In this document: one piece after another, positions 5,761-6,386 of the stretch
Numbering within the stretch: the stretch's first letter is position 1
How the letters are laid out: every line of letters starts with the position of its first letter
The notes under the pieces: model-generated
What the model saw: the letters and a program-made list of their open reading frames with translations, nothing else
Told to the model about the DNA's origin: nothing
Databases searched by the model: none
IMG/VR virus record: IMGVR_UViG_2529293138_000005
Location: 1 to 6,386 of that record
Source of the DNA: a virus
Lineage: Duplodnaviria > Heunggongvirae > Uroviricota > Caudoviricetes
Length of the DNA stretch: 6,386 bases
Strand: one strand, 5' to 3'
Translations under genes and position numbers: made by a program

Positions 5761-5933
5761 TGCGTACGGACATCGAGACAAAGACGAACAGTATTCTGGT
5801 TCAGTGCAAAACAACGTTAAACGTGGTTTTGCGTCCAGAGTCATCGTAATGGTTTTATGCGTCCTGCGTTGCGCTGGTGGATTTGAGGGATATAGCTGGT
5901 AGTGGTAAATCCCTTTTGCGTGGCGGTGCGATG

Positions 5934-6021
5934 GCTGCATGGTGGAAATCACCACGAAGGGGAGGTGATAAACACTCCCCCTTTTCGTGTGGTGCATGGT
6001 CAAAATGACCACGGAGGGGAG
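5934..6021. repeat. Two copies of an approximately 30-nt direct repeat (period 57 bp) with embedded hairpins, in a non-coding region
   Basis: GCTGCATGGTGGAAATCACCACGAAGGGGAG (5934-5964) versus GGTGCATGGTCAAAATGACCACGGAGGGGAG (5991-6021). Embedded palindrome TGGTCA-AAA-TGACCA (5997-6011). Imperfect hairpin CACGAAGGGGAG...CTCCCCCTTTTCGTG (about 5953-5989). Hairpin GACTATC-TCAAA-GATAGTC (6026-6044). Confidence 0.4.
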
Positions 6022-6271
6022 AACCGACTATCTCAAAGATAGTCACCCCATACCAGGATCACGCTAATAACGCACAACAGAGTGACCCATAGCCACCCTG
6101 TTCAACCGTTCCGGCTGACTGGACAGCATCATCACCATGATGGTGACGCAGCCCACCAGCAACCATAACGATTTCCTTTACAGCTGATGTGCTTTTTTGC
6201 TGATAAGGCGTAACCAGTTGATTGTTCCAGAATCACCCATTGGGGGAGGCTGGGCGGCCTGCTGTGGGCTT

Positions 6272-6288
6272 TTCCACCATTGGTGGAA
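6272..6288. repeat. Perfect 17-bp palindrome TTCCACCA-T-TGGTGGAA
   Basis: Read directly from the sequence; 8-bp arms around a single central base, typical geometry for a dimeric DNA-binding protein site or a tight hairpin. Confidence 0.3.
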
Positions 6289-6386
6289 AGGTGCACATCT
6301 GGATCATCATTACGGTGATCAATGGTATGTAAAACCCACCAGCCTGATTGACATTTAACCGGAAAAAAGCCAGGTAGCCCCGTCAT

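Noticed and set aside
5934-6021. Possible CRISPR array or retron ncRNA
   Set aside because: Only two repeat units, no regular repeat-spacer periodicity, and no adjacent cas or reverse-transcriptase ORF in the window.
5612-6386. ORFs 5612..5902 (+), 5677..6012 (-), 5855..6046 (-) and 6132..6386 (-)
   Set aside because: Mutually overlapping; they run through the repeat and hairpin block; Trp/His/Pro/Cys-rich translations with no motifs. The 6132..6386 minus-strand ORF runs off the window edge and cannot be fully assessed.

Overview
This window reads as a compact, plus-strand mobile element of the phage-satellite or defective lambdoid-prophage type, from an enterobacterial host. Left to right it carries a replication module (RepA-like RecA-family ATPase, an iteron-like repeat block, and a frameshifted SSB gene), then a minimal lambda-like head module (major capsid protein E-like and decoration protein D-like, in the opposite order to lambda), then a packaging module. 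The packaging module is the most unusual part: an orphan Nu1-like small terminase gene sits between two lambda-type cos sites in inverted orientation, with no portal, protease, scaffold, large terminase or tail gene anywhere in the window. The last ~600 bp are non-coding and full of direct repeats and palindromes. All homology statements rest on motif recognition and on lambda sequences recalled from memory; no database search was run. I found no tRNA, rRNA or CRISPR array.
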